Shown in pieces: positions 34,775 through 46,634 of a DNA stretch of 64,000 bases (position 1 is the first letter of the stretch; each line of letters opens with the position of its first letter). This DNA comes from Toensbergia leucococca (Eukaryota). The DNA lies in assembly GCA_022813965.1 (NCBI GenBank), contig JALDZS010000013.1:62001-126000 (forward strand), given 5' to 3'. The position numbers and the translations under genes were made by a program. The notes beneath the pieces were generated by a model. That model saw only the letters and a program-made list of their open reading frames with translations. It was not told the DNA's origin and searched no databases.

Positions 34775-36082
34775 ATGATGGATGGCCTGGAAAAGCCTGT
34801 GCATACCATTGTATTGGATGCAGGACCCATTTTGAAAAATGATCCCTCAATTTCTTCTCTACTGGCCAAGTCGGAGAAGCTCGTCACTGTTCCTTCGGTG
34901 ATATCTGAAATCAAAGACCAAGCTACTCGGTCTCGTGTCGAAGCAATCATGTTACCATTCCTTGAAATTAGAATTCCAAGCGTCCAAGGTGTCAAGGCTA
35001 TAACAGATTTCGCACGAAGGACTGGTGACCTAGCTGTTCTTAGTAAATCAGACATTGCAGTCCTGGCGCTGGCCCATGATATCGAATGCGAAAGAAATGG
35101 TGACTGGAGGTTAAGGAAGACACCCGGTCAGAAAAAATTGAACGGATCGCCACCCACGAGGCTATCTAGTGCCGAACGCAAACCTCAAATTCCACCCATA
35201 CCCTCCGATGAAACACATGAGGGACCCTCGATAAAGGCAAAAAATCTCATCGCTGAAGGAACCTCCGAGCCCTTTCCGCAAAAAGATACAGATCGAGATC
35301 AGATGAGCGTGGTTTCGAAAAACATGAGTACACTCGAGATCTCGACTTCAGATCTACAAAGTATGAATATCTCATGTCAAGAATCCTCTAAGCCTGTGGA
35401 CGAAGTGAAGGCTGAGAGTACTATCTCAGAATCTGATTGCTCAGACTCGGATGGTTGGATTACCCCCTCCAATATCAAGAAGTACCAAGCAAAAGACTTG
35501 AACTCTTCTACTACTCCAACATGGCACACCGCTGTCATGCAGGTGGCTGTGATTACTACAGATTTTGCAATGCAGAATGTTCTCTTGCAAATGAATTTGA
35601 ATCTTCTTTCTCCATCTCTACAACAAGTCCGGCATCTAAGGACATACATATTACGTTGCCACGCGTGCTTTGAGAAAACTAAAGATATGAGCAAGCAATT
35701 CTGCCCACGTTGTGGTAAACCCACTTTGACACGAGTTTCTTGCTCGACGAGCACTAGCGGTGAATTCAAGATCCATCTGAAAAAGAACATGCAGTGGAAC
35801 AGTCGAGGTGATCGATTCAGTATACCAAAACCAGTGCCGGGAGTTGCCAATGGCAAGGTGGGGACTGGTAAAGGAGGAGGAAAAGGCGGGTGGGGCCAGG
35901 AGCTCATCCTCGCTGAGGATCAAAAGGAGTACATTCGAGCTATGCAAGGACAGAGTAGGCGGAAGGAGACTGATTTGATGGATCAGGACTATCTGCCTAG
36001 TATACTAACAGGAGAGAGGGGAAGAGCTGGAGGTCGACCGAAGATTGGGGCTGGACGGAATGTGAACTCGAAAAAACGATGA
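34775..36082 (+). CDS. NOB1: 20S pre-rRNA D-site endonuclease Nob1
   Basis: PIN domain (VLDAGP, TGDLAVLSKSD), GWITPSN, TTDFAMQNVLLQM, Zn ribbon CHAC..FCPRCG. Confidence 0.96.
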   Translation: MMDGLEKPVHTIVLDAGPILKNDPSISSLLAKSEKLVTVPSVISEIKDQATRSRVEAIMLPFLEIRIPSVQGVKAITDFARRTGDLAVLSKSDIAVLALAHDIECERNGDWRLRKTPGQKKLNGSPPTRLSSAERKPQIPPIPSDETHEGPSIKAKNLIAEGTSEPFPQKDTDRDQMSVVSKNMSTLEISTSDLQSMNISCQESSKPVDEVKAESTISESDCSDSDGWITPSNIKKYQAKDLNSSTTPTWHTAVMQVAVITTDFAMQNVLLQMNLNLLSPSLQQVRHLRTYILRCHACFEKTKDMSKQFCPRCGKPTLTRVSCSTSTSGEFKIHLKKNMQWNSRGDRFSIPKPVPGVANGKVGTGKGGGKGGWGQELILAEDQKEYIRAMQGQSRRKETDLMDQDYLPSILTGERGRAGGRPKIGAGRNVNSKKR

Positions 36083-36362
36083 TGAGGCATGCACACACGC
36101 TACCTATTCTATGGAAATTTATCATGAAGTTCTCTCCAAGGTGGTTTCAACCGAATTGCAGACCTAGGCGAAATAGGAAGTCGCACAAAAGGGCTTCAAA
36201 GGGATTAGATTTTTACCCTTCCTGAAACTAGGAATCTATTGAGGATTGCATGGATTTCAGGTCTCCTTTTTGAGCTCCTTTTATCAATTGATGAGTGTAG
36301 GCGCAGGTCTCAACGCCAATTCCATTGCCGTAGCGCCGAAACATCCTTCAAAGAAGATCCAC

Positions 36363-36676
36363 CTACTGCCCGAGCACCTTCTCATTCCCTGTAGCTTCAT
36401 CAGTGCCCTGCACTCTTCGAAATCATAGAGTAGACTTACTTTGCTGCGTTATAAGCAGACCATAGCGCTTTTTCAGCGTCACACGATGCCTAGACGAGAA
36501 TCACTGTTAATTGTTGAGCGCCATAGCATATGTGCTCCAAAATAGGCTTACCTCGAATACTTGTCATCGGGGGAGAACCTGGCCGGGTGTGCGGATTTCG
36601 TGACCTCTCCAGTTTGGACTTTCTTCAGTGTGTAGATTCGCTTGCCTTCGGCGTCGAGGGTGTACATTAGGTGCAT
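36363..36676 (-). CDS. NOP10: H/ACA snoRNP subunit Nop10; two coding introns plus a likely 5' UTR intron
   Basis: [48 protein letters not shown]; absent from the ORF track because exons are short. Confidence 0.95.
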
Positions 36677-37232
36677 GCTAGACGATTCGGATTAGCATCT
36701 GTAATTCTTATGCAGACAGAGTCACTGACATTGCCGAGTAAATGATGAATTCCTATTGCAAAATGAAAGTAAGCTCTTCCAAAGAGTCCTCCAGTCGGAA
36801 TTGGGCGCTAACAATGAATAAATTAAGCGAGCTGCACTTCAAAGTAAAATTCAACCTCTCACGGACTTCTGAAGACCTCGACACCCTACATTGAGTTCAT
36901 CTGCAGCACCTTGAAAATATCGAGGCAAGTATACATCGGCGGCTACTAAATTTTCATCTGTAAGTGTCCAGCCTTTCATTACGTTTCTTCTACCAGTCTC
37001 ATCTTTCTGCGGGGATGACACCACACTGCGGCCTAGAAGGATGACTCTGACTTTATGTCGTTCTTCCATGTTGGCTCGATTTTTCTCTTTGAGAAGACTA
37101 CAACGGTATCTGAGCAGCACTACTACCTTCTAGCTTCTGTTCAAGTGTGCTAAGACAAATGCTAATCATTCCTTAAGCTCGTACCTAGGTCCTAAGCATG
37201 GTCAACAGCGGCAGCTTCTATCATCTAGAGTC

Positions 37233-38723
37233 ATGGGATCGACTGAAAGTGAGAAAGTCACACCAGCCGCCACGGGACTGACATCTCGACCTACTAGAGT
37301 ACCTAAACCGAATTATAATCAAATTCATGCCCTACCGTTGCCACTTGAAGTCTTTCCCCTACCACCACTAGTGCCTCATAATCCACTTTCCATATTACAC
37401 ATAGCCTTTACATATATCCTTCATTTCATAGCCCCGCCTTCGTCTCACCCTCAAGCTCTTTATCAAGGCATTTTTTCTCCGGAAACTCGATCGGTGCATG
37501 TCACGGATGTGGACACCGTACGCATTCTGTGGGAAAGGGGATTTTTCGGCAAAGGAAGTCTTAGCAGGAGCGAGCCAAGCTGGCTAGAACGAGAGAAGCG
37601 AAGAAAAGGAATTGTCGTTGGTGAAACCAGTGAGGAGGTCACAAGACGTCGGCGAGAAGAGAGGAGAGAATTCAAAAAGGAGAGAGCAAGGAAAGAGAGG
37701 GAGGCAATCGAAGGTAGACTACTTGAAGAGGGTGGAAATAAGTTACATGCTGAAGTCGAAACTAATGAGGATGCCCATCACGAGCTTGAGAATGATGCTA
37801 GTTTTGCGGACAGACATTCACCCCAAGCAATAAACCACAAATGTTCAAAAAACACGTCTGTTAGGGTCAATGAAGTGAAAAACTGCTCAAGAACGGATTT
37901 TCATTCTGTCAGTCACGCGACCTTAAATTCGAATTTGCAAAACTCTTTGGAGAACCCTCATCCTGTTCATGATCAAGCAGCTGAAGAAATGGTGAATCAA
38001 GAGCACTTACAACTGACCCTCGAAGAAGCCTTCTTTCTCGCATACGGACTAGGTGTACTTGAAGTTCGAACTCCAGACAAGTTTTCTATCATGTCTATAG
38101 AGTCACTCTTCTCGTTATGTAGGGAACATTCTTACTTCCCACCCTGTTCACACGAGCAGACCCGACCTGACGACCCATTCCTCCTGTCCTACGTTGTCTA
38201 CCATCACTTCCGGTCGTTGGGCTGGGTAGTGCGCCCAGGAATTAAATTTGCAGTAGATTATCTACTTTATAACCGTGGACCAGTGTTCTCCCACGCTGAG
38301 TTTGCAGTGATCATACTACCATCATACAGCCATCCGTATTGGCGCTCAACAGCGCAACTAGCGGAGCACACGAAGAAAAAAGAAAGTAAAAGCTGGTGTT
38401 GGCTACATTGTGTCAACCGTGTGCAGAGTCAGGTTCGCAAAAGTCTAGTGCTAGTCTATGTCGAGATCCCACCAGATCTCTCCTCCCCTTCGCCGACGCT
38501 GAAGACATCGAAGTCGTCCAAAGCGTCCTCTTCCACACAACAAGACTCGCCTTCTCCGCAAGGGTCATTACTCTTGTCTTCGATGTCTACAGTGAAGGAT
38601 GAAGTCGGCTTCAAAGAAATCGCGCAAAAGGGAGCAGGCATAAACATTAGCCAGTTACTGAAGCGCTACAAAGTGCGCGAACTAGCCCTCAAGAGATGGA
38701 TTCCAAACAGAAGTCGTGACTGA
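37233..38723 (+). CDS. SEN2: tRNA-splicing endonuclease subunit Sen2
   Basis: GFFGKGSLSRSEPSW, EHLQLTLEEAFFL, YHHFRSLGWVVRPGIKFAVDYLLYNRGPVFSHAEF, terminal RWIPNRSRD. Confidence 0.95.
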   Translation: MGSTESEKVTPAATGLTSRPTRVPKPNYNQIHALPLPLEVFPLPPLVPHNPLSILHIAFTYILHFIAPPSSHPQALYQGIFSPETRSVHVTDVDTVRILWERGFFGKGSLSRSEPSWLEREKRRKGIVVGETSEEVTRRRREERREFKKERARKEREAIEGRLLEEGGNKLHAEVETNEDAHHELENDASFADRHSPQAINHKCSKNTSVRVNEVKNCSRTDFHSVSHATLNSNLQNSLENPHPVHDQAAEEMVNQEHLQLTLEEAFFLAYGLGVLEVRTPDKFSIMSIESLFSLCREHSYFPPCSHEQTRPDDPFLLSYVVYHHFRSLGWVVRPGIKFAVDYLLYNRGPVFSHAEFAVIILPSYSHPYWRSTAQLAEHTKKKESKSWCWLHCVNRVQSQVRKSLVLVYVEIPPDLSSPSPTLKTSKSSKASSSTQQDSPSPQGSLLLSSMSTVKDEVGFKEIAQKGAGINISQLLKRYKVRELALKRWIPNRSRD

Positions 38724-39751
38724 ATTTTTAAAATCATAGAGTACCACCCTTTTGGTCAACTACCGCAGTATCCTTGAGTTAGCTAAACCCACGACTCACA
38801 ACGGATCACACAAGTTAAGGTTCTGCCGGCGTGCTTCTTTTCACAGCATCAAGTCGAGTCGAGGTAAGGACACACATTCGTCTCATCGATTGCCTTTCCA
38901 GTCCGAATTCATCGGTCAATGTTTTGCACTATATTTCAGTAGGAAACCTGGGATCTGCAAATGTTGCTTGACAGTAGTATTGAAGAAAAGGACCTGGCTT
39001 TCAATGGTGGAATACAGCGCTCCTCACCATTTGGTAGCCATGATGAATTACAACGAAAGTTACAAGACGAAGGCTTCGATGCGTCAAACAACTAGGTGAT
39101 GGCAGTGATGTTATCCTTGTTCGTTTGCCGATGACACCACATCATTCGTGACTCGTTGGCCCTGGTCGGACATGCGGAAAAGTTGATCCATGCAAGCACA
39201 AAAGTTGGAGAAGTTATGGCCCTCTGCTCGGCCTTGGTACGAATCTTGACGTGGTCAAATGTTGATGGATGAGAATTTCGATCTACTGCAAATTGGGCCT
39301 TCGCTACCTTGCCCTTCTACAGAAGGACAAGGTAGAGCTCTTAAAAGAGAATAGAACGGAGGAACGAGAATCGCGGATGATGGTGCCATCTAGATGCAGC
39401 CATTGCTAATATTTAGTTACGGATGTAAATTGAGATTTAGTAGCTTTGGATGTAAAGACTAGGATGAGTAAAATCAGCTGAATGTAGACGCATTACTGCT
39501 CCTCTACTCGTAGCTGAAATAGGTCGATATTTCAGTAGAAAAAGTGAAATGCCGAGTATCGGTATTCTACGGAGTAGGGCTTCGTCGACCGCCAAGAGAC
39601 CTAAAATTCGAAGCCGGGGAAAAAATCCACCGCGGATTATTTAGTGAGAAATTCGCTAATCCATCGGCGGTTTTTTTTTCTCCCGGCCTCAATTCATTAA
39701 TCTACAAAGCTACGGCGCATGGTCGGAGACATTGATCCCTGCAAAGAGCAA

Positions 39752-41396
39752 ATGCTCATGACTGAGACTTTTCCCAGTCATGACCCTCCGATGGTGCTTG
39801 AATTAGTGGCTGGGGGCTGCTTGATATGGTATATATTCATAATTGCCCTCTCTACCACTGGCTTTGTTCAGATGTACTCCCCCAGCAGACTTTTCTGAAA
39901 GCTCCAGCTAATCTTCCTTTAGACAGAGGAACTATTCGAGCCATCTCTGCCCCTCCGCCTCCACCAAGCGTCCGCTCTCCAATGCTCCCCACCTCACTAT
40001 CCTCCGCCCAGTCAAAGGCCTCGAGCCCCACCTCTACGAATGCCTCGCCGCAACCTTCCACCAAACATACCCTCGCGAAAGATTGACAATCTACCTTTGT
40101 ATATCCTCCCGCAATGATCCTGCCTTCCCGATCCTGCAGCGCTTGCTCTCCGACTTCTCAGCCTTTGACGCCAAGATCCTCATCGAGGAGGAAGATCCCA
40201 ATCTCTCGGGCCACCATGGCAAAACAAACAACCTGGGGCCGAATCCCAAGATCAGAAATATGAGTCGAGGATATCGCGAAGCAAAGGGTGACATAGTCTG
40301 GATTATTGACTGCAACGTCTGGGTCAACCCAGATGTTGCTGGTCTCATGGTCGACCATCTCTGCGGCTTCACCCCCAGCAACCCAGGCCGAAAGTACAAA
40401 TTCGCTCACCAGCTCCCCCTTTCCATCGACGTCAAAGGTTCATCCTCATTCTCAACCTCAGCTCTACTCCCTTTCACCTCCTCATCCCAGCTCTCTTCCC
40501 ATAGCATTCTCTCCCTCGCCGGCGGCCGCCTCGAAGAACTCTTCCTCTCAACCTCGCACGCAAAATTCTACACCGCCATCACCATCGTTGCCATCGCCCC
40601 CTGCGTCGTTGGCAAATCCAACATGTTCCGCCGCTCGCACCTGAACGCCCTCACAAACTCCCACCCAACCCTCAGCCCCGGAATCGACTTCTTCTCCAAC
40701 AACATTTGCGAAGACCATCTGATCGGCGACCTCCTCTGGAGATCGCCCCTTCCCCCCTCGATCCTCTTCTCCGCCTCAGAAGAAGGAAATGAATGGTCCT
40801 CGCCCACCAGCCCCACCAAAGGCATTACCGAATCGGCTCCCATAACAACATGGGGTAACCACATCCTTCTCCCCTTTCCTCCAGCAATCCAACCAACATC
40901 CCACCTCTCACTCTCCTCCTACCTCTCCCGCCGCACCCGCTGGCTCCGCGTCCGCAAATTCACCGTCGTCCTCGCCACCCTAGTAGAACCAGGCACCGAA
41001 TCCATCCTCTGCTCCCTCCACGGCGCCTTCGCCCTCACAACCCTCCCCCTTGTCAATTCCCTCCTCGGCATCCCTAGAACCTGGACTGCGTTCTTAATCA
41101 TTTGGACTATGAACATGATCGTATGGGTTGGTGTCGATTGGCTTGTCTGGAAGCGATTGCAGGGACGCGTTCGAGGGGAAGGCGGGCCGGAGTTCGGTAG
41201 GGGCCTGGGGAGAGTTCGCTGGCAATGGTTTGCGGCGTGGATAGGGAGGGAGATTTTGGCTTTGCCAATTTGGATTTGGGCTGTGGTGGGGGGGATGACG
41301 GTGACGTGGAGGGGGAGACGATATCGGGCTGGTATGGATTTGAGGGTTCGGGAGGTTTGGGCTCTGAAAGATGGGGAAAAGGTAAGGGCGGATTGA
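39752..41396 (+). CDS. Ceramide glucosyltransferase (GT21); one intron at about 39873-39921
   Basis: N-terminal TM, TILRPVKGLEPHLYECL, GPNPKIRN, WIIDCNV, CVVGKSNMFR, ICEDHLIG, RWLRVRKF, VTWRGRRY. Confidence 0.92.
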
Positions 41397-42159
41397 TTTA
41401 GGGCCAGAAGAGCTACTTTTGGCGATTCGGCGGATTCGATGCCTAGGATTTAAGTCGGGGGTTCGATTGAGGAACTCTTATATCTTTCGCTTCTGAAATC
41501 TTGGGGACGTATGATACTTAACAACCCTTTCTCTCCCGTCAATTCTTTTCCTGGGGGTTCCGAATCAAGGGGGGCAAAAAAGACACCCCGAAACAGTTTA
41601 CCCACCAGTCACTCACTCTTTTCGCTTTGCTCCCACCCATGAGAGAAATACCTCCCAACCAGTACGTTCTTCGTTGCTCGCCGCCCTCGCTTTTTTTTTT
41701 TGGTGTTGGTTTTCTGGTCGGAATTAGATATACCGAAACGCCGCCAGCCCCCGGACAAAAATGACCTCTTTCCTTACTTCCAGATCGCGTGCCCCTCGCC
41801 TTACCCCGAATCCCGATCTCTCCTCCTCGGATCCCTTCGTTCTAACCGCTCGTCTCCTTCCCCACTTTTCTCATTCCCCCCCCCCTGGCCCTGATGGAAA
41901 ACTCGAACCATCACAACGCCCCCCCTCACACTCCGAACTTAGAAGACCCTGGCTCTGTCTATTGCTTTGGATCGGATAGTGGGGGGGGGACGGGCACTGG
42001 GATGGGGTGAGAAAGTGGTGGTGTGTTGCTGTAGGGGGTCGTTTTTTTTTGGGGGGGGGGAGGGGGGGAGTGTATGTTTTCCTTGCTCCCCAATCTCCAA
42101 CAACGATGATCAAGATCTGGGTGCCTCTCCCCCCCTCCCCTCCCCGTGGCGGCTTTGTA

Positions 42160-42196
42160 GGCAGATTTATAGGCAGATTTATAGGCAGATTTTTTT
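42160..42196 (+). repeat. Minisatellite (TAGGCAGATTTA) x3
   Basis: gtaggcagatttataggcagatttataggcagattt is directly visible. Confidence 0.85.
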
Positions 42197-42840
42197 TTCA
42201 AGCAAGAACAGACGATGAGATGAAGGAAAAGGAATAGGAAGATGTACTCGTATATATAGGTGTTCCAAGGAACACTTTTCCTTCCGAGTAGAGGGGGGTC
42301 TTTCTGTCTGTCTGTCTTATGGGTACATCACACACACAGCTTACCCTTACCCTTACCCTAGCCCTTGACCAGAAGGAAGACCCAAAGCGCCCGCAAAAAA
42401 AAATAAAAAAATGTCCAGCCAAAATCCGAGTTTGGAAAAAGAAAAAAAAAAAAAGAAAAAGGCAAGGTAGGCTCGGGAGTGTCAAAGTTTCCCAAAATCT
42501 AACAATGTCTCATCAACAGAGCGTACCGTATCTCACAATTTCAGAAGAAGAAGAAGAACCAACACCGCAAAACCCTCTCAAATCGATTCAGCCCGTCGGC
42601 TATAACCTAGTATATTACTCGTAATAGCGTCGAAGCTTGAAAAATCTCAGCTCCAAAAGTCGCGAGCATGAAAAGCTAGCTAGACACAGACCGGCAAGCC
42701 AAGGTACTCGTAAATGTACATACAGCACACCGAATCTACTTTTTCACCGTCCCTCATCAATATCGAAAAACACACATCCTCAGCTCAGCAATGCAGTTAG
42801 TCCGGCCAGCCATAGCATACAAATGCAACTGTCCAAAATC

Positions 42841-44969
42841 TCAACCTCCGTGTTCAGGTTTGAGTACCCATCTCTTCTCCGCCTCCTTGGCACCAACGCG
42901 TTCAGCAATTAGGCCGAGGGTATCTTTGATGGCATCTTTGGAAGTTTTGGGAAATCTAACGCCACACTATTAGCCATGCATATAATACCCTAAAAACCAT
43001 ATATGCACACATAATAAACAGTCAAGAGAAATGGGGGATAAACTGACTGCTTTTTCAAAATCTCTACTAAGCCCGCTTTGGTGAGATCGCTGCCTTGGAC
43101 TGCCGCTTTGAAAGCATCAAGGAGGTCGGGGGCCACGAGGCGTTTAGGTGGTTTAGGAACAGTTGAGTGTGGCGTTACGGACAGGATGGTCGATTTGAGG
43201 GTTGAGGGCGACAAGATTAGAGAATTGGTGCGGTTGATAGCGCTGAGGGGGATGCGGGGAGGATTCATAGATGTAGGAGCGAGGGTCGAGGGTGGGGCGT
43301 CAATTGACCTTGTGGTGTTTGTTGACGGCCAGTAGGCCGTCGAATATGGATCAATGGGAGTTTCAGGGGGATCTGGGAGGGTTATTGGTGCTGATTTATT
43401 TAGGACAGATGTTTGCACTTACCAAGTAAGATCTCCAGCTTATAAGCACGTAGATCTAAGGTGCCTTCCCTGTAATCATGAATTGACGTGTTACACCCAG
43501 AGTTGATAGAGTCCCAGCACAGACCAGTGCAACTTGGCTCCAGTTCGCCCATGACCGGACGGCGTTTCATTGCAGAGCCAATACCATCACCAGCATCCTC
43601 ATCATCGAGAAAGCCTTCCATCTCATCTGCTTCCTCATCTTCGCCGAGCTCCTCTTCCCCTTCTGAGTCTAGATCCTCGCCCTCTCCAGGTTCTTCCCAT
43701 TCCGCTTCCGAGTCATAGTCGTAATTCATTTGAGGAAGGGTTCGTGCAAAGGGTCGTCTACACAGCTTCGATGTAGAACAGGCGGCTGGAAGCTTGGTAT
43801 AAGTGCCAATATATGGTGGTCTTACGTCTTCGGCAAATCTTAAATATTTGCTAGAAATAGATTTGAGTAGGTCCGCTGGCCGACTTAAAGCATCGCAGGA
43901 CCTTTTCACCGTAAGATCAATTGAATTACAGATTGTTCCATGCATTCTCGCCATAACATCTTTCACTGTGCAGTGGCCTGGTGGATTTCTTCGTCGCTTG
44001 TGTGTAGGTATATATAGCAGTGGACAGAGGTCAAAAATGTTCATCCGCTCGTAGCAGTGCTTTTTCATCTCATTTTCTCCTCCTATTTCTTGGTCCATCT
44101 TGCTCTGGACATATTTTAGACTTTCTTCATCGCGTGTGAATCGGTTAAACGGAGCTAAGACAGTATATTTCTGTAGGTAGAAAGGTGGGAAAGATCGTTC
44201 GTAGTCTATCTGTGGACATTTTGGAGGTGCCACAGAGGTTGATCTACTTCTTGAGTAGGGCGCGAGACCATCGATAGAGGTTATTGAGCTGCGTCGACTC
44301 CCCGTAGAGCTAATTCCTTCTTTTGTTGGCGATTTGGGAGATTCATCCGTCGGTAGTGAAGGTAGGGCAAAGAAAGCGTTCAATCGTAATTGAGACTTTG
44401 GATTCGTTAGTGTATTTCATGCGACATGTCACATAGAAAGTGTTGCAACTTACCCTTTCCTTTTTTGTTTTTTCATCTTCCTTTTTCTTCTTCTCGTCCT
44501 CTTTCTGCTGCTTTTGGGTTTCTTTGGACTTTCGCTTTTCTTCCATTTCAGCATCTTTGATACGCTTTTCCTCGTCCTTCTGGGCCTTTTCCTCTGCCTT
44601 TTGCCGATCTTTGGCCTCCTTCTCTACCCTTTTGGCCTCTCTTTCGGCAGGGGTCAACTTTCGTTTCTTTGGTAAATCGACGGTGGAAGTACTAGGTGCA
44701 GAAGTCATGTGTGTCGAGGTGACTGCTGCAGTGGCACTCATAGTACTTGGCAATGGAGAGCAGTCTCTACTCTGCCCACTCCTAGAAGTAGGTAATTGTG
44801 ATCTACTCTGAGGATCAATACCGGAGCATAGGGATAGTTGTGGTGATGATTGAGGTATGCCAGCTGTGGGTGTGCCATGACCGGACTGTAGAGCGCCATC
44901 CAGACCAGTATCGTCATAGGTGCGCTTGAGGCGGTTTGGAGAAGGCATGGCGAGGACGATTGTGCTCAT
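42841..44969 (-). CDS. CAC1: Chromatin assembly factor 1 subunit A (Cac1/Rlf2); 3 introns
   Basis: KER-rich coiled coil, PIP-like SQLRLNAFF across intron 44396-44453, FAEDVRPPYIGT, NYDYDSEAEWEE, GFLDDED, C-terminal winged-helix region. Confidence 0.92.
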
Positions 44970-45822
44970 TGTCTCCTTGGTATCATGGTTGAAGCAGACG
45001 AGTAGTAGTGACGAGTTTTGATTAGCGAAGTAGCTTGAGGCTTTCAATAGAGGTTGACCACGAAGTGCTTGCTTAAGGAAGAAGATGGACGCGACGACGT
45101 CAAAGTGTCGTGTCGGTTTCAAGCTAAGCCCTAACGAGCTAAAGTGTGTGGGCCGGCCTTGGCACCACCAGTTTGGGCATTCGAGGATTGAGCCCTCAAT
45201 CAAGTATTTCATTTACTCAGGCAATCACTCCGACGTAAACACTGCCTTCGACATGCTTCGTTACCATCGTTGCTACACTTTCGATTTCAACGGTGTATTT
45301 GCGAAGCCTGAAGCTTTCCACCCTTTGAATTGTCCCACTGCATAATGTAAACCGCGCATCCCTCAAGAGATTCCAGTACCTGACCCGCGCAAAGCGAGGT
45401 TAATCATCTCTAAAAGAATGTCTTGATTCGATTCAGCCTTCCAGCCTAAATGATATTTTCCCTCTAGCCGTTGAGGGTTTTGTCGCAGCATGCATATTAA
45501 AGTTGTGCTTTGATTTCATTGATTCCAATGCGCTCAATATACCTACACATCAACGTCTGAGATAGTTGGCAGGACTTTCCGAATTCCAATGCCATTATAT
45601 AACAGGTTTTTGGTAGTATAAGAGGACTCGGTGGTGCATCTTCTAGGCGGAACAATTGCAAATCCTGATTCGGGCAGTCGTTCAAGCCGAAACCCTAGGT
45701 ACGCCTTCAACCAAATCAATATATATGACTTTGAGCCATGATTTGAACAATCTCATTCAACATACTTCTAGAAGTCGTAAGCCTGCCCTTCCAACAAGTT
45801 ATACCTCAATCGAATCCCCGCA

Positions 45823-46634
45823 ATGAAAGTCATCCTCACAGGCTCCATCGGCTTCATCGGCCAAGAAGTCCTTCACCAATGTCTCAAAAACCCTTCCATA
45901 TCTGCCATAATTGCCCTCTCTCGTCGAGACCTCCCGAAATCAATCACACGCAGCCCCAAAATGAAAGTAGTAATTTTAGAAGACTTCACTTCCTACACCG
46001 ATAGCGTCCTGCGTACTAAACGGAGTTGGAGCTTGTATCTGGTATCTCCCACTATTTCTGGACCCGTTCAGTTTGACAGAATCATAAAAGGTCACCGGGA
46101 GCCGCATCATTCCCTGACTTAGACACGGCCCGCAAAGTGTCCATGGACTACAGTCTCGCGGCCGCCAATGCCTTTGCGGCGTCTCTGGCGCCCCATGTCG
46201 GCAACAGGAGGAAGTTCCGTTTTGTGTATCTCAGCTGCATGATATGTGAGAGTGATCAGCGGAAGAAGCTGTGGTTCATGCAGGAAGGACGGCGGACGAG
46301 GGTAATTCCTTTCCCTTCCTATGAAGCGCTTACCACTTCATCTTCCGAAAGCCTGCTAATGGGGCTGATTCATCAGGGTGAGGTTGAAAATGTATTGATC
46401 GATCTTGCTGTACAACATCGAGACAGTTTTGACTCGTTCGTCGTCAAACCTGGATATGTTCTTTCGAAAGAGACCAGGATTATGCAATTGGTCATCGATC
46501 TGAGTAGATTTGTAAGAGTAGATGAACTGGCTGCGGTCTTGATGAATACTGCGCTGAATGGAAGCGAAGTACAAATTACAGAATATAATGAAGAAGGAAC
46601 TCGGGGTAGAGCAGTACTCAATGGGTCTGAATGA
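45823..46634 (+). pseudogene. NAD(P)-binding Rossmann-fold protein (epimerase-like), apparently frameshifted
   Basis: MKVILTGSIGFIGQEVL, DFTSY, GACIW in a shifted frame near 46015, DYSLAAA, FRFVYLS, VRVDELAA; two introns. Confidence 0.65.

Noticed and set aside
41560..42070. Loose inverted similarity suggesting a MITE
   Set aside because: Matches are confined to homopolymer-rich sequence, explained by the skew switch; no TSD or clean TIR.
42341..42365. Telomere-like (TTACCC)3
   Set aside because: Only three units and not the canonical CCCTAA; ordinary microsatellite.
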